DNA from: Amoeboaphelidium protococcarum X5
Lineage: Eukaryota; Fungi; Aphelidiomycota
Assembly: GCA_023515725.1 (NCBI GenBank)
Contig: JALDTO010000214.1
Coordinates: 62,001-126,000, forward strand
Direction: 5' to 3'
Length of the DNA: 64,000 nt
Below the pieces are notes generated by a model, which was not told where the DNA came from, searched no databases, and worked only from the letters and a program-made list of their open reading frames with translations. Made by a program: the position numbers and the translations under genes. Shown in pieces: positions 1 to 13,653 of this stretch (positions are counted from its first letter, which is position 1; each line of letters opens with the position of its first letter).

Positions 1-992
1 TTTCCTTCAAACGACCATGCAGGTGCAAAGAGAGCTGCATTCAATCCATACTTCTTTATTAGATTGAAGGCCTACAATATTGATTGCCACGATAAGTTGA
101 ATAAGAAATATACATGTAGATTAATTCTTACCAGATGACAGTTCAATTACCCACCACCGAGCTATCCGCGACCCCACACATCTACACCAACATATACATC
201 TTAAACTCTACTGCCAGCACTCTTTTGAGATATTTCGAGTTACTTCTGGCGCCATGTGTAATTGGTAAAGAAAGCATCGGATACTTGAAAGAATTTGAGA
301 TTATTTTCATTAAGACAATCTTACCAAGCCAGAGAACCATCATGAATGATTGAATCATACCAAATCAGCTTGAATGATGGGTTAGCCTAGTGCAAGAGGT
401 TTTTGAATATAGTCAACCATTGTATAAGTTTATCAACATGGCGCGTCTCGACCGGACTCTCAACATTCACCAGATAACCATCAAACCGGAAATACTGAGC
501 AATTTGAACTAATTTAGTGGCAGTCTCAGCGCAGACAGTCTCATTACCTCCAAAGGTATCGCCATAGATAAGACGAAGAATTTACTCAGTACCAGCCTCA
601 TGTTCAACAATAATAGTTCCGAGACATTGAACGCCATTCTTATGCGTGCACGATGTCCAAACCACAGGAGGTATAGTAAGAAAATGATGTGAGAAGTAGA
701 TAAATATTGAGATATGATTCCAATTCTTAACTGTATATGTAGTGCGCTCGAAATCCGGTTTATCGCTATAATAACCTCCGGGATAAATATCATCTTCCAC
801 GTAACCACCTTACATATCATGACAAACTAATAGATCCACGCCATCTCGCAACTTTTATCGCGGCAACAGTGGAACATGGCAAATGTTATGCTCATCCACT
901 CCATCCAAAGGCTTCCATTTAAGCAATTCAGCGACCGAATTCAAGTATCGGCTTTTAACTTTATTAGATATATTATTCAGTGGCAATATCAT
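1..992 (-). CDS. ENGASE: Cytosolic endo-beta-N-acetylglucosaminidase (GH85), runs off the window start
   Basis: With TAR=Gln one frame gives LVCHDMQGGY...FIYFSHHFLTIPP..W...HKNGVQCLGTII.E and AALFAPAWSFE, typical GH85 motifs. Confidence 0.88.
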
Positions 993-1378
993 TTCTCTAT
1001 TATAAAACTTGCTAAAGCTGCTGTTATGAACAAGCGAAAATGGAAATATCTTGAAACAAAAGCACGCGCAAGCTTTGTTCGCCTTTTCCCGCTCGGACAC
1101 AGCGAAGAGAATGTCTCTCTGTTGACATCTCGGCGCGTTCATTATAGATTTCGCTCCAAGACTTTCCTTTGCAGCTAAAGACGATTGCTCTTGTTTTCTT
1201 CCTGGCAAGACATCAGCAGCAACAACCAAATTGACGTGACGATTTCGGAATGCTTCGATTGACGCGCCGCCCTTCCTCTCTCAGTTTCGCGTGTTATCCT
1301 CGCAGCAGTAGAACTAACTATCATTAACATAGTATTAACAAGTAGTAACCAATTAAAAGTAGAAACAATAAAGCGACA

Positions 1379-2920
1379 ATGTACAACCTGAAGTTTTTGA
1401 GTGCCCCTGTCCAAGATGTTCATCAGCGTATCATTATCGGTGAGAAGAATGTCATCGCCACCAAGGAAGGTGGTGACATGAAGTGGTTGTCCGCTGTCAA
1501 CTTGGCATCAACTAGTACTTCTGGTGTTAAGGCTGTGGTGCAGCGAGCTATTGTCTAGGACGAATCTAGCAGTGCTACATGGTTCCCAGAGTCTGCAGAT
1601 CAACCTCCAGTCACTGTGGCAACTTTTGCTAGCGAGAGAAGCCGTAATTTGGGTGTGATCAGAGGTGACGTTATCACTGAACTATTGCCAAAGCTGCTAT
1701 CTGCCGCTGATAAGGGCAAATCCGTTCTGTTGACTGTAGTGTTGGCTTCCAAGGACCAGGTACACGCTGCCACCACCGCTATTGCTCGTGCTCTGCCTGT
1801 GTACAACAGAAAGACCACATCTTAGGCTGGAAGTGCACCACCATCTGGGACTGTAAATGTCCAATTCGTACTTGCTGATGGTTCATCCTCTGTCGTCAAT
1901 GCTGATGAAGCTGCGCAGTTGCAAATCACTGCCGACTCTGTACGTCTATGTGCCAGACTGGTGGATATGCCTGCTAATGAACTGTCAACTGACGCGTATG
2001 TTTAGGAAGCTAAGCAAGTTTTTGAGCATTTGCAAAAGACTGCCAAAGGTGGCCAAGTGTCTATGAAGGTGATCAGAGGTGAAGAGTTGAGAGATGGTGG
2101 TTTCGGTGGATTATGGGGAGTTGGTAAAGGAGCACCGTTCCCACCTGCTCTGGTTGTACTGTCGTACCAGCCAGAGTCCAAGTCTCAGAAGAAGTCTGTC
2201 GCCATGGTTGGCAAAGGTATCTGTTTCGATACTGGTGGTTTGAACATCAAGGTGGCAAACTTCATGCTCAACATGAAGACCGATATGGGTGGAAGTGCCG
2301 CTATTCTGGCTGCTTTCAAAGCTCTGGTCCAAGGTGGATATAAGAACAATCTGACGGCTTTGCTGTGTATTGCCGAGAATTCGGTATCTGCTGAGAGTAC
2401 CAGACCGGATGATATTTTGAACATGTACAGTGGCAAGACTGTGGAGATCAACAACACTGATGCTGAAGGCCGCTTGGTGCTGGCTGATGGTGTTGCATAT
2501 GCTACCAAAGACCTTTAGCCAGTACCTACTCATTTGATCGATATGGCTACCCTTACCGGTGCTCAGATGGTGGCCACTGGTATGAACCATGCCGCCGTGT
2601 TGAGTAATGATAGCGAGTTTGAGCAGCTTATGGTGCAGAGTGGTAAGGAGAGTGGTGACCTGTGTTACCCTATTCTGTACTGTCCAGAGTTATTGAAGAA
2701 GGAGTTCAAGAGCGATGTGGCTGACATGAAGAACAGTGTGAAGAGCCGCACCAATGCCCAGAGTTCTTGTGCAGGTCATTTCGTTGAGGATCACATCAAC
2801 AGTGAGTGGAAGGGCAAGTGGGCTCACATTGATATTGCTGGTCCAAGTAGCCATAATGACAGAGGTACTGGCTTTGGAACTGCTCTGCTGGTGCGTGCTC
2901 TACGCAAATTGGAAGAATGA
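1379..2920 (+). CDS. M17 leucyl aminopeptidase family (NPEPL1-like)
   Basis: Single frame through TAR codons; VGKGICFDTGG, MKTDMGG, NTDAEGRLVLADG, WAHIDIAG; ends TGA. Confidence 0.92.
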
Positions 2921-3188
2921 TTATATATGCCACTTATAGTAATTAATTACTCGTAGTTCTAACTTATATTGTTGTTATTTATTGTCATGTTTGGTTTAAT
3001 TTAGATATCGTTGACAATAATTGAATCTCTAATCCATTTCAGATTGTAGAGTTTTCAGTATACTATATTTATCAACAGTACATTAACCTCATCGCAACAT
3101 CTTGAAGTCATATCAATAAAGTTAACAGAAAGCTAAAGGAAAATAACTATTATTTTTTGATACAGTATTCTAATAACACAATTATAGG

Positions 3189-6062
3189 TCAATATTTAGT
3201 CCTAATCTCGGCAACTTTGTGTTAGTCTTGTTGTAATCGCTCTTTGTACTCTTGATATAACTCCAGTACATCTACAGAAATGTTGAACAACACAAGATCC
3301 TATTCCACGTCAGCCCTGGTTATCATCTATCCATCATTACTATCATTACACTAATTCTGAGTCTATTAAAGTAACTACCGCTATTCCATCCACCAACTGA
3401 CTAATCCATTGAGAAAAACTTCTAAGCGCCGTCTCCTAGCCTCGAGTTAAGAAGCAGAAAGCTCCTTCATCTTCTCCCACAGTGAAGGCAGAGGGAAGGC
3501 TTGCGCAAGGACAGGAGGAAGTCTGCTCTTCATCAATTTAAAGTAAGCGTGGATTTCCTTAAATCTTCTCTGAACAATCCAGCGACGGGTCAAAGGTAAT
3601 TCATCAATCATACCCGTCTTCGAATTAGTGGAATGATAAGACAGCGTGATGCTAATACTGAATTCATAATAAACCTCTTGTGCATCGTCTTGCACTTTTT
3701 GAATGAACGGAATGTCAACCACTAGATTACTGAACATTTCTGGATGAGTGGCCAGCATAGAGTCAAAGTCCTAAATGACATTCTACTGTGCATCTTGTAC
3801 CTGCTACTGCGGAACTAAGTCCACTTTAGATTATTCTAGACGCGAACTTATAGCTGATTCAAATTAACGCTCTTCTTCATTAACATCGAGCGCACTAACA
3901 ATCACAGAACTTTCATATCCCTAAACAGAACCCTTCGGCTACACACTGCCACCATGGCAAGACTCTTCGCGATCATTGTATGAAGACGACATTTTCGATT
4001 CAGAGTACTGATAGTAACTATCACTAACCCTGCTACTAATACTACTGCCACCTTCTCCAGTGTACAAGGATCTATGTAACGTCATAAAGGTCCCATTTCT
4101 CTTACCGACACTTCTATCACTCTGCAACCGTTCCCGTTATGGTTACCTGAATTCGAACAAATGTGATCTTCCAAACAGGATATGGCATTCATTCTTGAGA
4201 GGTGTTGGACCAGTTATTCGTTATCCATCTATATACACGGGGAACACATCAGGCTCATTCAGCTCGATATCAGGGATATTTCGAAGAATATCAGAATCCA
4301 CAATCTAGTCAACGGCTGGCTCGATCCACCAAGATGAATATTGATTACCAGATGAATTTTAGCTGATTTTCAACTAACTGTCAGTCTCAGAGGTTCGCTA
4401 CCTAACCACATATCTTATTATTGCGTGATGGCCTTCAATGTCCTCACCTGTAAGTATGATATCCTAATCCAAATCGCCACCAATATTATTACCATCTCTG
4501 TTAAGGAAATATATCAACTAATCATCATCATCATCACCATCTGCAGACTAGATCAGAGATACAATATGAGCATGTTTCAATGTGTCATATTCAATCTATG
4601 GACTAGAAGTATCAGTAATGTAAGAAAGTTTACGTGCCACTGAATTATCAAAAGATGAGGCAGCATCCCCATCTGAGACTAAACTCTTCATTTTAAGCTC
4701 GTAATGCTATTATATGGCCAGTTTCTCTTACTCATGCTAATTCAAGACGTTCTATAAATTACGAATGTCCATATCAGCGCTATCCTACTATATTCCACTA
4801 TTCACTTGTCTACCACTTACAGCTTGACTAGATTCATACTGTGCCAGCTTGTTGCGCAGAAATTCAATCTCCTTCTACAGGCCACGGATTAGGCGAGATG
4901 AAGAGTCCTCATTGACTACAGCTCGATTAACTATAGCTTTGGCACGAGTTGCGTATCGCAGTGTCGATAACGTCTCCTCCACATGATCAGAGCATGAAGA
5001 CACCGTGGCAATCATAATAGTCTTGGAGTTGCCCCCCAAAGAATTTTTGAGAAGCCACGTGAGGATAGAGTCTCTATACGGGACAAAGACTTTCTTCACA
5101 GCTGCTGAGGGCACATTTCGATTGATAAGCTTGGAGCGTTCAACTAGAGCTGTAATGACTAGGCCCAGTGCGCTTAGTGACTTGTTAATGTTGCCTCCCT
5201 CCTTTAACCGTTCATTGGACGTCTCACTGACATTACTACGCTCCGACCCAGCCAAATCAACAATGGATATCTGCGACTTCCTCACTACATTGGGTAAGTG
5301 CGAAGATTAGATGTGCAGATAGAAAGTGAGCAGAGAATGAGATCGGGAGCTATTGGCATTAAGACGCGTGCTGGCCATGGTTCTTACTGCATTTCCACTG
5401 TTAATCAATTCCATCAGCTTTTGTAAAGAGTCCACTTTCACCTTGGTAAGTCCCTCAACGTATGGTCCAGTCTTGGGGTGTTCTCTTATTTTAAATCCCT
5501 TCTTTTTATGGCGATCATTATTTCTATCATTGGCCGAGGTACTACTACTACTACTCTGATCAAATAGCAAATCGCGAACCTTCTCATTATAAATCTCCAT
5601 GAATGTCAAATGCAAAGTGATCACAGACTTGGGATCTTTCTAACGGATATCATGAATATTTTGCATTAGATCTCGACAGACGCGAGGAACTATACCAGGA
5701 TTTAGAGAGGTACCAGTGATGCTATACGTCTTTCCACTTCCACTCTGACCGTAGGCAAATACACAAGAGTTGTAACCGGCGAAAGCAGAATCGATCACTT
5801 CTGGTCCGACCTTTTAATACAATTCATCTTACGTGCAATCCACCAGCGATGGTTGACTATTCGTGGAGTCTATGCACAGGTCGAATTAGAATTATTTCTA
5901 CATGCCAGCGGAATTATCTGGGGATGCCACCACCAAGGCCGACCGCTTAGATTAAATCTGTACGGTGGCACTTGTCTATGTCAGCCGCACAACCTATGGT
6001 GGCTACTCTTCCTGGAGCAGTGGTCTCGCTCTTACAAAGACTTTGACCGTGGACTATGCCAT
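3189..6062 (-). CDS. Kinesin-3-type motor with C-terminal PX-like domain (KIF16B-like)
   Basis: [14 protein letters not shown] start; [58 protein letters not shown]; C-terminal [10 protein letters not shown]...FP...[12 protein letters not shown]-like pattern; one frame, ~957 aa. Confidence 0.85.
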
Positions 6063-6346
6063 GATTGTTTTTACAACTTTTTGGTAACTACTGGTGGTAA
6101 ATAATAAGTGATCGATTCTACACGGCTGATTTAGGACTGATGCAAAGGAAATAAGCTGATCTGACCCTGAAAATGTTGCGCGTGATTCCCATTCAGAATG
6201 TGAGTTGATCTCAAAATGAAATTTGATGTATTAAGCTGTTGTGATGTTTCATTATAGACAAATAAATTGTTAGTTTTTGCACAAGCTTAGTTCCTCGTAT
6301 CTTCCTCCGAAGGGATCCCCTCTTCTTTCTGTATTTTAAAAGCTTC

Positions 6347-6916
6347 ATGCACTTGCTGAAACCAATGACACGCTTAACGAGATACTTAACAACCTGTGAA
6401 CCGTTCACACTAGATGAATTGAATCCAGAAGAGTAGTACGCATGTCAATGCCTGATGAAAGAGAATAAAATGTAAATCCCATGTATGTTTCACATTAATT
6501 ACCATGCATATCTTGTAGACTTTGTATTAAGAAGGACCAAGTTGAAATTCTCCACTTTGATACAACGAAATGCTAGAAAGTGAACAGTGACATAACGCGC
6601 CTCATTCATTTATATAAAATGGATAAGGTATCTGCTTCTATATCGATGAAATATTCATCAGAGAATGCTTGTGTAGTAATGTGAAGAACTTGAGTAACAG
6701 TTGACATAACTCACAGAGGCTAATAACAAGTGCATGTAAGAGATGAATCTAAAAGACGCGCAACCGGCTGATCAAGAGATGAAACAATACATCAAGTCTG
6801 TTCATTCATACAATGAAATTAAAGATGCCGCCATGACTCTCATGGGCAGAATAGCTGAATTCAAGGGAGTACCTGTAAAGGAGATGTATTCTGACTACGA
6901 GGCGTTAGATGATTGA
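6347..6916 (+). CDS. SWI5: Swi5/Sae3 family DNA repair protein (probably 2 short introns; start uncertain)
   Basis: Last exon (6677-6916) gives KQYIKSVHSYNEIKDAAMTLMGRIAEFKGVPVKEMY; GT..AG intron 6628-6676; a plausible upstream intron near 6472-6518. Confidence 0.7.
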
Positions 6917-7083
6917 ATTGATCTCGATTAGGAAATTGTTGGAATAAGAGGCTTATATGGGGCGTTGATCAGAATCGTAATGTCAGCAGATATAAAGCCA
7001 CTGTTTAGTACGATTTCTCCTTTCTCTTTACAATTTACATCGTTTTTTCTAGTTTACATCTACGGTATAAAACAACTATCATT

Positions 7084-7557
7084 ATGAAGTCAATTTTGTT
7101 TGCTGTTGTTGCTCTGCTGTTCGCCGCTCTTGCATCTGCTGGTGACTGCAAAATCTTGTTCAACGGGCTGCCTGTTTCAAAGGCTACTGCATGGTAGGCT
7201 GGCTAGCAGGTAAGTATTGGTGGTCAATTCACGAACATGAAGAAGGCTGATGATCTGAATGATTACAAGCTGATTTTGAAGCGCGATAGAATTTTTGGCG
7301 GTGCTTGGACCATCGAAGATGCCGTGTACAGTAGCATCACCCAAGAAGGACTATTCAACGTCACTCTGACTCTGCCTGAAGAAGTTGATGGCGCGTACAG
7401 ATTAAAGTGGAAGAGAGGTTTGAGAACTATTTACTGGACTAACCGCCTCTACATCACCTCTGCCAACTTGACCGTTACTCCAGATTCTCCTGTTTCATCG
7501 CTGAGTAACGTCACTTAAGACTCTGTCGTGTCTGACATTGTCGAGGATGACGACTGA
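7084..7557 (+). CDS. Small secreted protein of unknown function
   Basis: Signal peptide MKSILFAVVALLFAALASA; 157 aa open frame with TAR=Gln ending TGA. Confidence 0.75.
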
Positions 7558-8156
7558 AACAGCATCACAAGAATTTGAAAACTACTAGTGAATTTCTCAT
7601 AAATATAATCATCATTTTATTCTTATCTAGTCTGCGCATTCATTTTGTAAGTTCATCAATCTAAACGTCATACCACCGCATCTCATATTTTCAGTCATTA
7701 CAGCACTCCATTGACCGTACATTACATATGAGAGGGGCGTTTCATATTACATTCGATCGTTTCACAGCCTCATTGTTTCAGAGACACGCGGTTGAAACGT
7801 CGTCCTTTGTCTCCTCTCTCTTTGTTGTTGTTCTTGTTTCTGTCTCCGTTTTACTTTGTATTTTGTCGTTTGAACTGTTCCTTTTAGTCCACAAGTTCAA
7901 ATTACTTAACAGTTGATATATATATTAACACACTTGGCACTCTCCACTCTTTATCCAAGAAGTGCTTTTGTGTTTTAAACCATCTGATATCTGGCATATT
8001 TATCAAGTATCTGGACTGGAACTTCCTTGACTAGTAATCTATCACTGTTGTTCTCTTTCTCTCTATCATTCGTTTGAAGCTAAATTACAAGTAAATGTAA
8101 GTCTAAATGTTACTTGTATCTCATCAAATATTAATGATTATGTATGTAGATAAAGT

Positions 8157-9605
8157 ATGATATCCCGTAGTTCTCGGCGTATAGAAACAAGATCATAAAG
8201 CTAGGTAAGTGAGCTGTGATATGTCTGAATGATCCTTGACGAGACGTTCTCTTGTGTATGTGTAGGCTCAAAGTGCTAAAAGTATTGATGGTTTTAGCAA
8301 CAAAAGTAAAGATTCTGCAGTTCCATCAAAGATTGGTACTACTGCTAGTAATTAGAACAGAACTAGAAAGGCTCTGGGTGATTTGAGTAACGCTAATGGT
8401 ACTGGTGCTAACGCTGCAGTTATAGCACAAAAGGTATTCTGATTCATTGTTTGTCGTCATTCTCTCATACCCATATCGTGTTGTAGTAAAGTATAGCTGT
8501 ATCAAAGGTTGACTAGAAGGTCACAAAGACCTCAATCACTGCAGTCTAGAACAACAATAAAGTTCTGACCAGCAAAGTTCAGGTGTCTGCTACAACAGTC
8601 ACCTCTGCTGCCATTTAATAGAAATAACCAACCAAGCGTCGATCATCAGGCCGTCGTAAAGCTGTAGAGAAAGAGAATGCCACTGCTAAACCAGGAGCAA
8701 GTGCTGCTGTTGATAAGGAAGATGTTGGTGCTGAAAGTAAGAAGCGTCTAGCTCCTCACTGGGATGATCTTGATGCCGAGGACGCCGGGGATCCTTTGAT
8801 GGCCAGTGAGTATGTTGTTGAGATATTTGACTATTTGCGTGAACAAGAGCCCAAGTTTATGCCTAATCCAAACTACATTGATAAGCATGATGAGCTTCAG
8901 TGGAAGATGAGATCAATTCTGATTGACTGGCTGGTTGATGTCCATTTGAAGTTTAAAATGTTGCCAGAGTCTTTGTACCTGACTATTAATCTGATTGACA
9001 GATTCATGTCTGTGCGTACTGTTGCCATGAATAAGTTACAACTGGTTGGTATCACTGCAATGTTTATTGCCGGTAAAGTTGAAGAGATATATCCCCCTTA
9101 GTTGAGTCAGTATGTTTATATCAGTGCCGGCGGATATTCTCATGAAGAGATCTGTAAAGCTGAGCGCTACATGCTGTCTTCTCTGAATTTTAAAGTACAC
9201 AGCCCAGATCCTATCAACTTTCTGCGTCGTTGCTCAAAGGCTGATGATTTTGACATTGAGGCAAGAACTCTGGCCAAGTACCTGTTGGAGATCACCTTGA
9301 TTGATGAGTGGTTCCTAGCATGTGCACCTTCTCTGCGTGCTGCCAGCTCCCTCTACCTGGCTAGATTCATGCTGGACCGTAAAAAGGGAAAGTGGGATGC
9401 TAACTTGATTCATTACTCTGGCTATGAGATTAGCGATATGAAACCGTGTGTGCTGCAAATGATGCATTTCCTATCTGCCAAGAAGGACTTTAAGGCCATC
9501 TACAATAAATATGCGGCCAAGCGCTTTATGAAGTGCAGCAAGTTTGTAGCTGATTGGGCAACATCTCGCAGTGAGCTGAAGGATTGGGGTCTGAAATTTG
9601 ACTGA
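8157..9605 (+). CDS. B-type (G2/M) cyclin
   Basis: D-box RKALGDLSN; cyclin box MRSILIDWLVDVH, KLQLVGITAMFIAGKVEE; introns 8205-8265 and 8434-8486. Confidence 0.92.
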
Positions 9606-10147
9606 TGGCAACATGATACATAAGTGATAGTTATTAGTGGGACGCGCGTTTAGTTGACTGAATTGTAGATGACTGATAATAATGATGATGTACTTTGATG
9701 AGATAATAAAGTGATGTTAGTAACAAACTGTTTTCTTACTTGGCTCTTTGATTTGTCTCTTTAAATGTTGTAAACGTGATGGAATGCAGTAGGTGTTGTA
9801 CTGCAGTAAATGAATTGAAAAGAAGCTTGTAAATATAAACTACGCGGAAACAGCACTTAATAAGAAAATGATATAAAGATGACTTCTCTCAATTTCATTA
9901 AATCAGATTTGGGTATAATCATCCAAAAAATCATGTAATACATGCATTGATCATCATTGAGAAGTCACATTGAGGAAAGAAGAGAGGTAAGCAGAATTTG
10001 TGCGAAAATTTGTCAAACGGAACCTTATCGCGCCTCACGACCAACACCCCACAGCTACGTGCAGTAAACTACTAATGATAATGAGAATGAAGAGCTAAAT
10101 GATGCAAAGATAATATTATATTGAATTACAGTAAAACATAGTCACAA

Positions 10148-10972
10148 TCACTTAAACATAATCGACTTTAATTTATCTTCTCGCTACAAACGCAGCTGCT
10201 ACAGAGAATTCTTGCTTGCAAAGGACAGCATCTGCACAGCCGAGTTCTTTTCAAACATTGGATTAGTGCTGACCAGATCAATACCGCTCTCCTTGCTCTT
10301 CTTCAGTAGCTTTGCATAAGTCAGACCACAGGCATTACAGAGAGTGCGTGCACCATCAGGACCTCTGCGCCACTCTGGAGTTTCATTCACATTGCAAGTA
10401 TGACACCGACGGGCAGCCTTCTCAGCCATGCGCGATTAACGCCTTCTAGATATTTTACCATGATTACTACTAGCCTTTTACTTCTACTGCTACTGATGAT
10501 GCTACTGCTATTGATAATGCTAATATCTTGATTACTCAGTAGTGTTGCCATCCTAGCTACCAGATCTGGGTTAAACAAACATCAGTCTCCCTGATTCATT
10601 CGGATCAAACGATTGCGTGGGGGATGATAGCCCAGACTGTCCACCGACCAGATTCAACAATTACAAAGCATACTGATGCGTATCGCTATCATTACTGGCA
10701 CTGGCACATGATGAACCTGCTGATAAGCTACTTACTTGACCTTACGTTTCCAATTTCATCATCGGAATATCGCCAACCATCTTCAAGCTCGGGAGTTAAA
10801 CATCATGACGCTATTGACCATTAACACACAGCTTATTATACACATTCTCTACAGTATCATTCAGAGTGTTATCACGACTAGCGGACACAGCCTTCTTGCT
10901 AAAGTAAGCATCAGCCTCAAGCAATGAAGATATCGGAAGACGATGCTATGACCAGGGAAGGGGTAACATCAT
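10148..10972 (-). CDS. GATA zinc-finger transcription factor
   Basis: [28 protein letters not shown] (C-x2-C-x18-C-x2-C); Gln-rich tract built from TAR codons. Confidence 0.88.
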
Positions 10973-12375
10973 GTTCAGCTTTGCCTTGTAGGACAACCTC
11001 GGTTACACAGGATACGGCATCTAATACATACTTCCAGAAATACCAGAATTAAGCTTCGATTAACAGAGCGATGAGTTATAAATAAAATGATCAGAATTAG
11101 AGGGCTATAATTATTGCATCTACGCTGTTGTCGTCATATTTATAGGCGGCTTATTCACGCAGCTGCGCAAGCGATCGGAGAAGAGAAAGTCAGACGATTC
11201 CCTCGCCGGCCCGTCATCAACTGAATCGCCTGCGAAACGGATCTAGTGGTCAAACATACCTTGATAGTACTTGAAATCAGAATGCCAACAGTAGGAATTA
11301 GAATGAATGCCACAATTTCAAGTAATCGATAATTGCGTTAGTGAGCACGATGCGCTAGAAAGAAGATATGCTTTTCCAAATGTGATGATTCGGCGCCCGA
11401 GCCGTGGATTACTTAAATTTTTCCAGGGGAGTGAGTCAGTCGCAAAGTCTAGAACAATCCACCGACCGCCGGCACTTTTCTGACTCAATCGACTTTTGCC
11501 GAAACAAGCGAAATTCTCCGGTTCCAGCGGCGAGTGACAAAGTCGCCTGGGAAAAATTTAGGTAATATGATGACTAGATGATTCAGCACTATTGATATGC
11601 CTTACGGCGCACTAGGCCTTGCTGTAGATTAATAGTCACATACTGAGACTCAGATCATAGTTTTGTAATGCACGGTTAAATGATTCGGGATATTTTAGGC
11701 TGAACTTTCACGCACGCACAATTTGTTCATTATTTGCATCCAATCGGCTAATCGAACTTGATCTGTCATTTGCTCAAGTCGGAGTTAAGTAGAACCCCCT
11801 TATTCTATCACCGTGTGCTGGCAAATCTTTGGTCATAACGATAACTGAACCGAATAGGGGTCAAGTTTTCAAATAGTGATCAAAGAGGCTCTTGTAGTCA
11901 TGAAAAGCAGACTCAAAGGAGTTACATATCGCGTCGACAGAACTGAGACAAGTAAATTACAGTCCGTTTCAGTAAAATGTCCGATCAAGGAAAAGTGTTT
12001 TGGACACAAAAAATAATGACGAAGTTTTAAGCACGATACTTCCCTACAACAGATAGTATTAGAACTCGTAATGCGAAGCATACGTGTAATTTGAACAATT
12101 ATAAGTAACTTATGTGACATCTTCTTAGATAATGCCGCAAAGTTCTCTATTTCATTCTCCAGTGATGGAAAGTGCCAATTTCAAAGCCATCGATTTTAGA
12201 TTTAAGTAATCAAGTGATGGATTATAGTAATAAGAATACTTTTCCTATATATTATGTAGTTTTTTGACTTAAGAAATTTTCGAACAGTGCCAAGTAATGA
12301 ATTTCAATTTCATCGTTACTAAAAGCGGCCTTACAGCGGCTAGCAAAATCCAATTACTGACTTGTTGAAAAGGCC

Positions 12376-12382
12376 TATAAAA
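12376..12382 (+). promoter_or_regulatory. TATA box of Fanzor1 ORF
   Basis: CCTATAAAAG ~70 nt upstream of the ATG at 12446. Confidence 0.5.
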
Positions 12383-12525
12383 GCGCCAGACAGTTCACTA
12401 TTTCTTCTTCCTCTTTCTTATCTAACTTCTCATAGATAAGAAGATATGGCAAAGAAAGTAACACATAAATGCAAACTAAATACTGTCTTGAATCTTAGCG
12501 ATGGTGATAAAGAGAGATTGATACC

Positions 12526-12552
12526 ACAGATTCGACTGACAGATTCGACTGA
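12526..12552 (+). repeat. 13-bp tandem duplication (CAGATTCGACTGA x2) that frameshifts Fanzor1
   Basis: Exact repeat; removing one copy joins the ATG frame to the downstream frame. Confidence 0.9.
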
Positions 12553-13508
12553 GCTCAGTGCACCTCACCTTTGCATCCCGTCTGATCTATCTCAGTCTTA
12601 ATGTATGGAATGAAGCCGGCAAGGCACTACCTGAGCTATCTCATTAGCAGTATTTCGCGTCAATGCTGGAGTATCTCTGCAACTCTGCGTTTCATCGTGA
12701 CAATGAACACACGCGAATGCTGGCTGAAACTATCGATCCTGAAGTGCGATAGAGATTGAGGCACGAAAGCCTGATTGGTCCAAATCCTAACCTGTACGTG
12801 TTTCAAGCGCGTAAGATTATTTAAGCTATCACCTGGCATCTGACTGAAACTATATGGGTCTACTAGAAGAAGGTGATTAAAGCTTGAATGGAGGCTTTTA
12901 ATGTAAAAAGCCGAAGGCTTACCGTGTTTCTATAGCTGCTCAACTCTTTGCTGACTGAAAAAGCTGTTAACACGATGGAACACTTTGGGGGCGAGTACTT
13001 GGAGATTAATCCCGCGACTCAGATACATTTGCCTCCTGATTACGATGCTGGTGAAGATGAGGAGACAATCGCGCAATAAGATGCTGCTATCAAGGACGAG
13101 TTGTTGCAATTGTTATAGGTTGAAGAAGTTCGGCACTTGGTGTGCATGCATCGTCACCATTTATTGGATATTGTCACCACTTCTTTTAAATACAGAGCTC
13201 CAAGAAGGAGATACAGTAAAAGAAAAGCATAATCTCCTAGTCAGCTGCATGGACTCATCGGTTTCAAGCGATAGAAATCGGGTAAGCTGAAGTAGCGTGA
13301 TACCCATCACACATACATGCCATCAAGAGCACACCATGCATTTCAGAATCAGGAGGGCTAGAAAGTTTTGGTCCAATATCTGATGTATTTGCGTTAAACT
13401 CTCAAGGAGCTAGGCTTGCCATCATTCAAGATTTTCCCTACTGGTACCGATGTTCCGTGCCACATCTGCTTTGACAATAAAGTTTTGGCTCAGTGGGGAT
13501 TTGAACAG

Positions 13509-13653
13509 CTATACCCTTGATCGCCACGTAGATCTTGCCCGTGTCTTGAATTCCATCGAACTTGACCAATTCATCAACACTAATGAAGTTGTCATATTAT
13601 GGAGGCGGTATACTCGTTGGATCCGGCACTTGAAAAGGTTCTTCTGAAGTCAT
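13509..13653 (-). pseudogene. Truncated 5' fragment of a cytochrome-b5-like heme/steroid-binding (Dap1/PGRMC/MAPR-type) gene inserted antisense in Fanzor1
   Basis: MTSEEPFQVPDPTSIPPPQYDNFISVDELVKFDGIQDTGKIYVAIKGI, broken just before the expected V(F/Y)DV. Confidence 0.72.

Noticed and set aside
2111-2590. Antisense and alternate-frame ORFs in the track (also 22224-22607, 30734-31186, 63041-63496 and many others)
   Set aside because: They are shadows of well-supported genes and carry no motifs of their own.
11567-11646. ATGATGA...CTGA possible C/D snoRNA
   Set aside because: No convincing rRNA-complementary guide or terminal stem.
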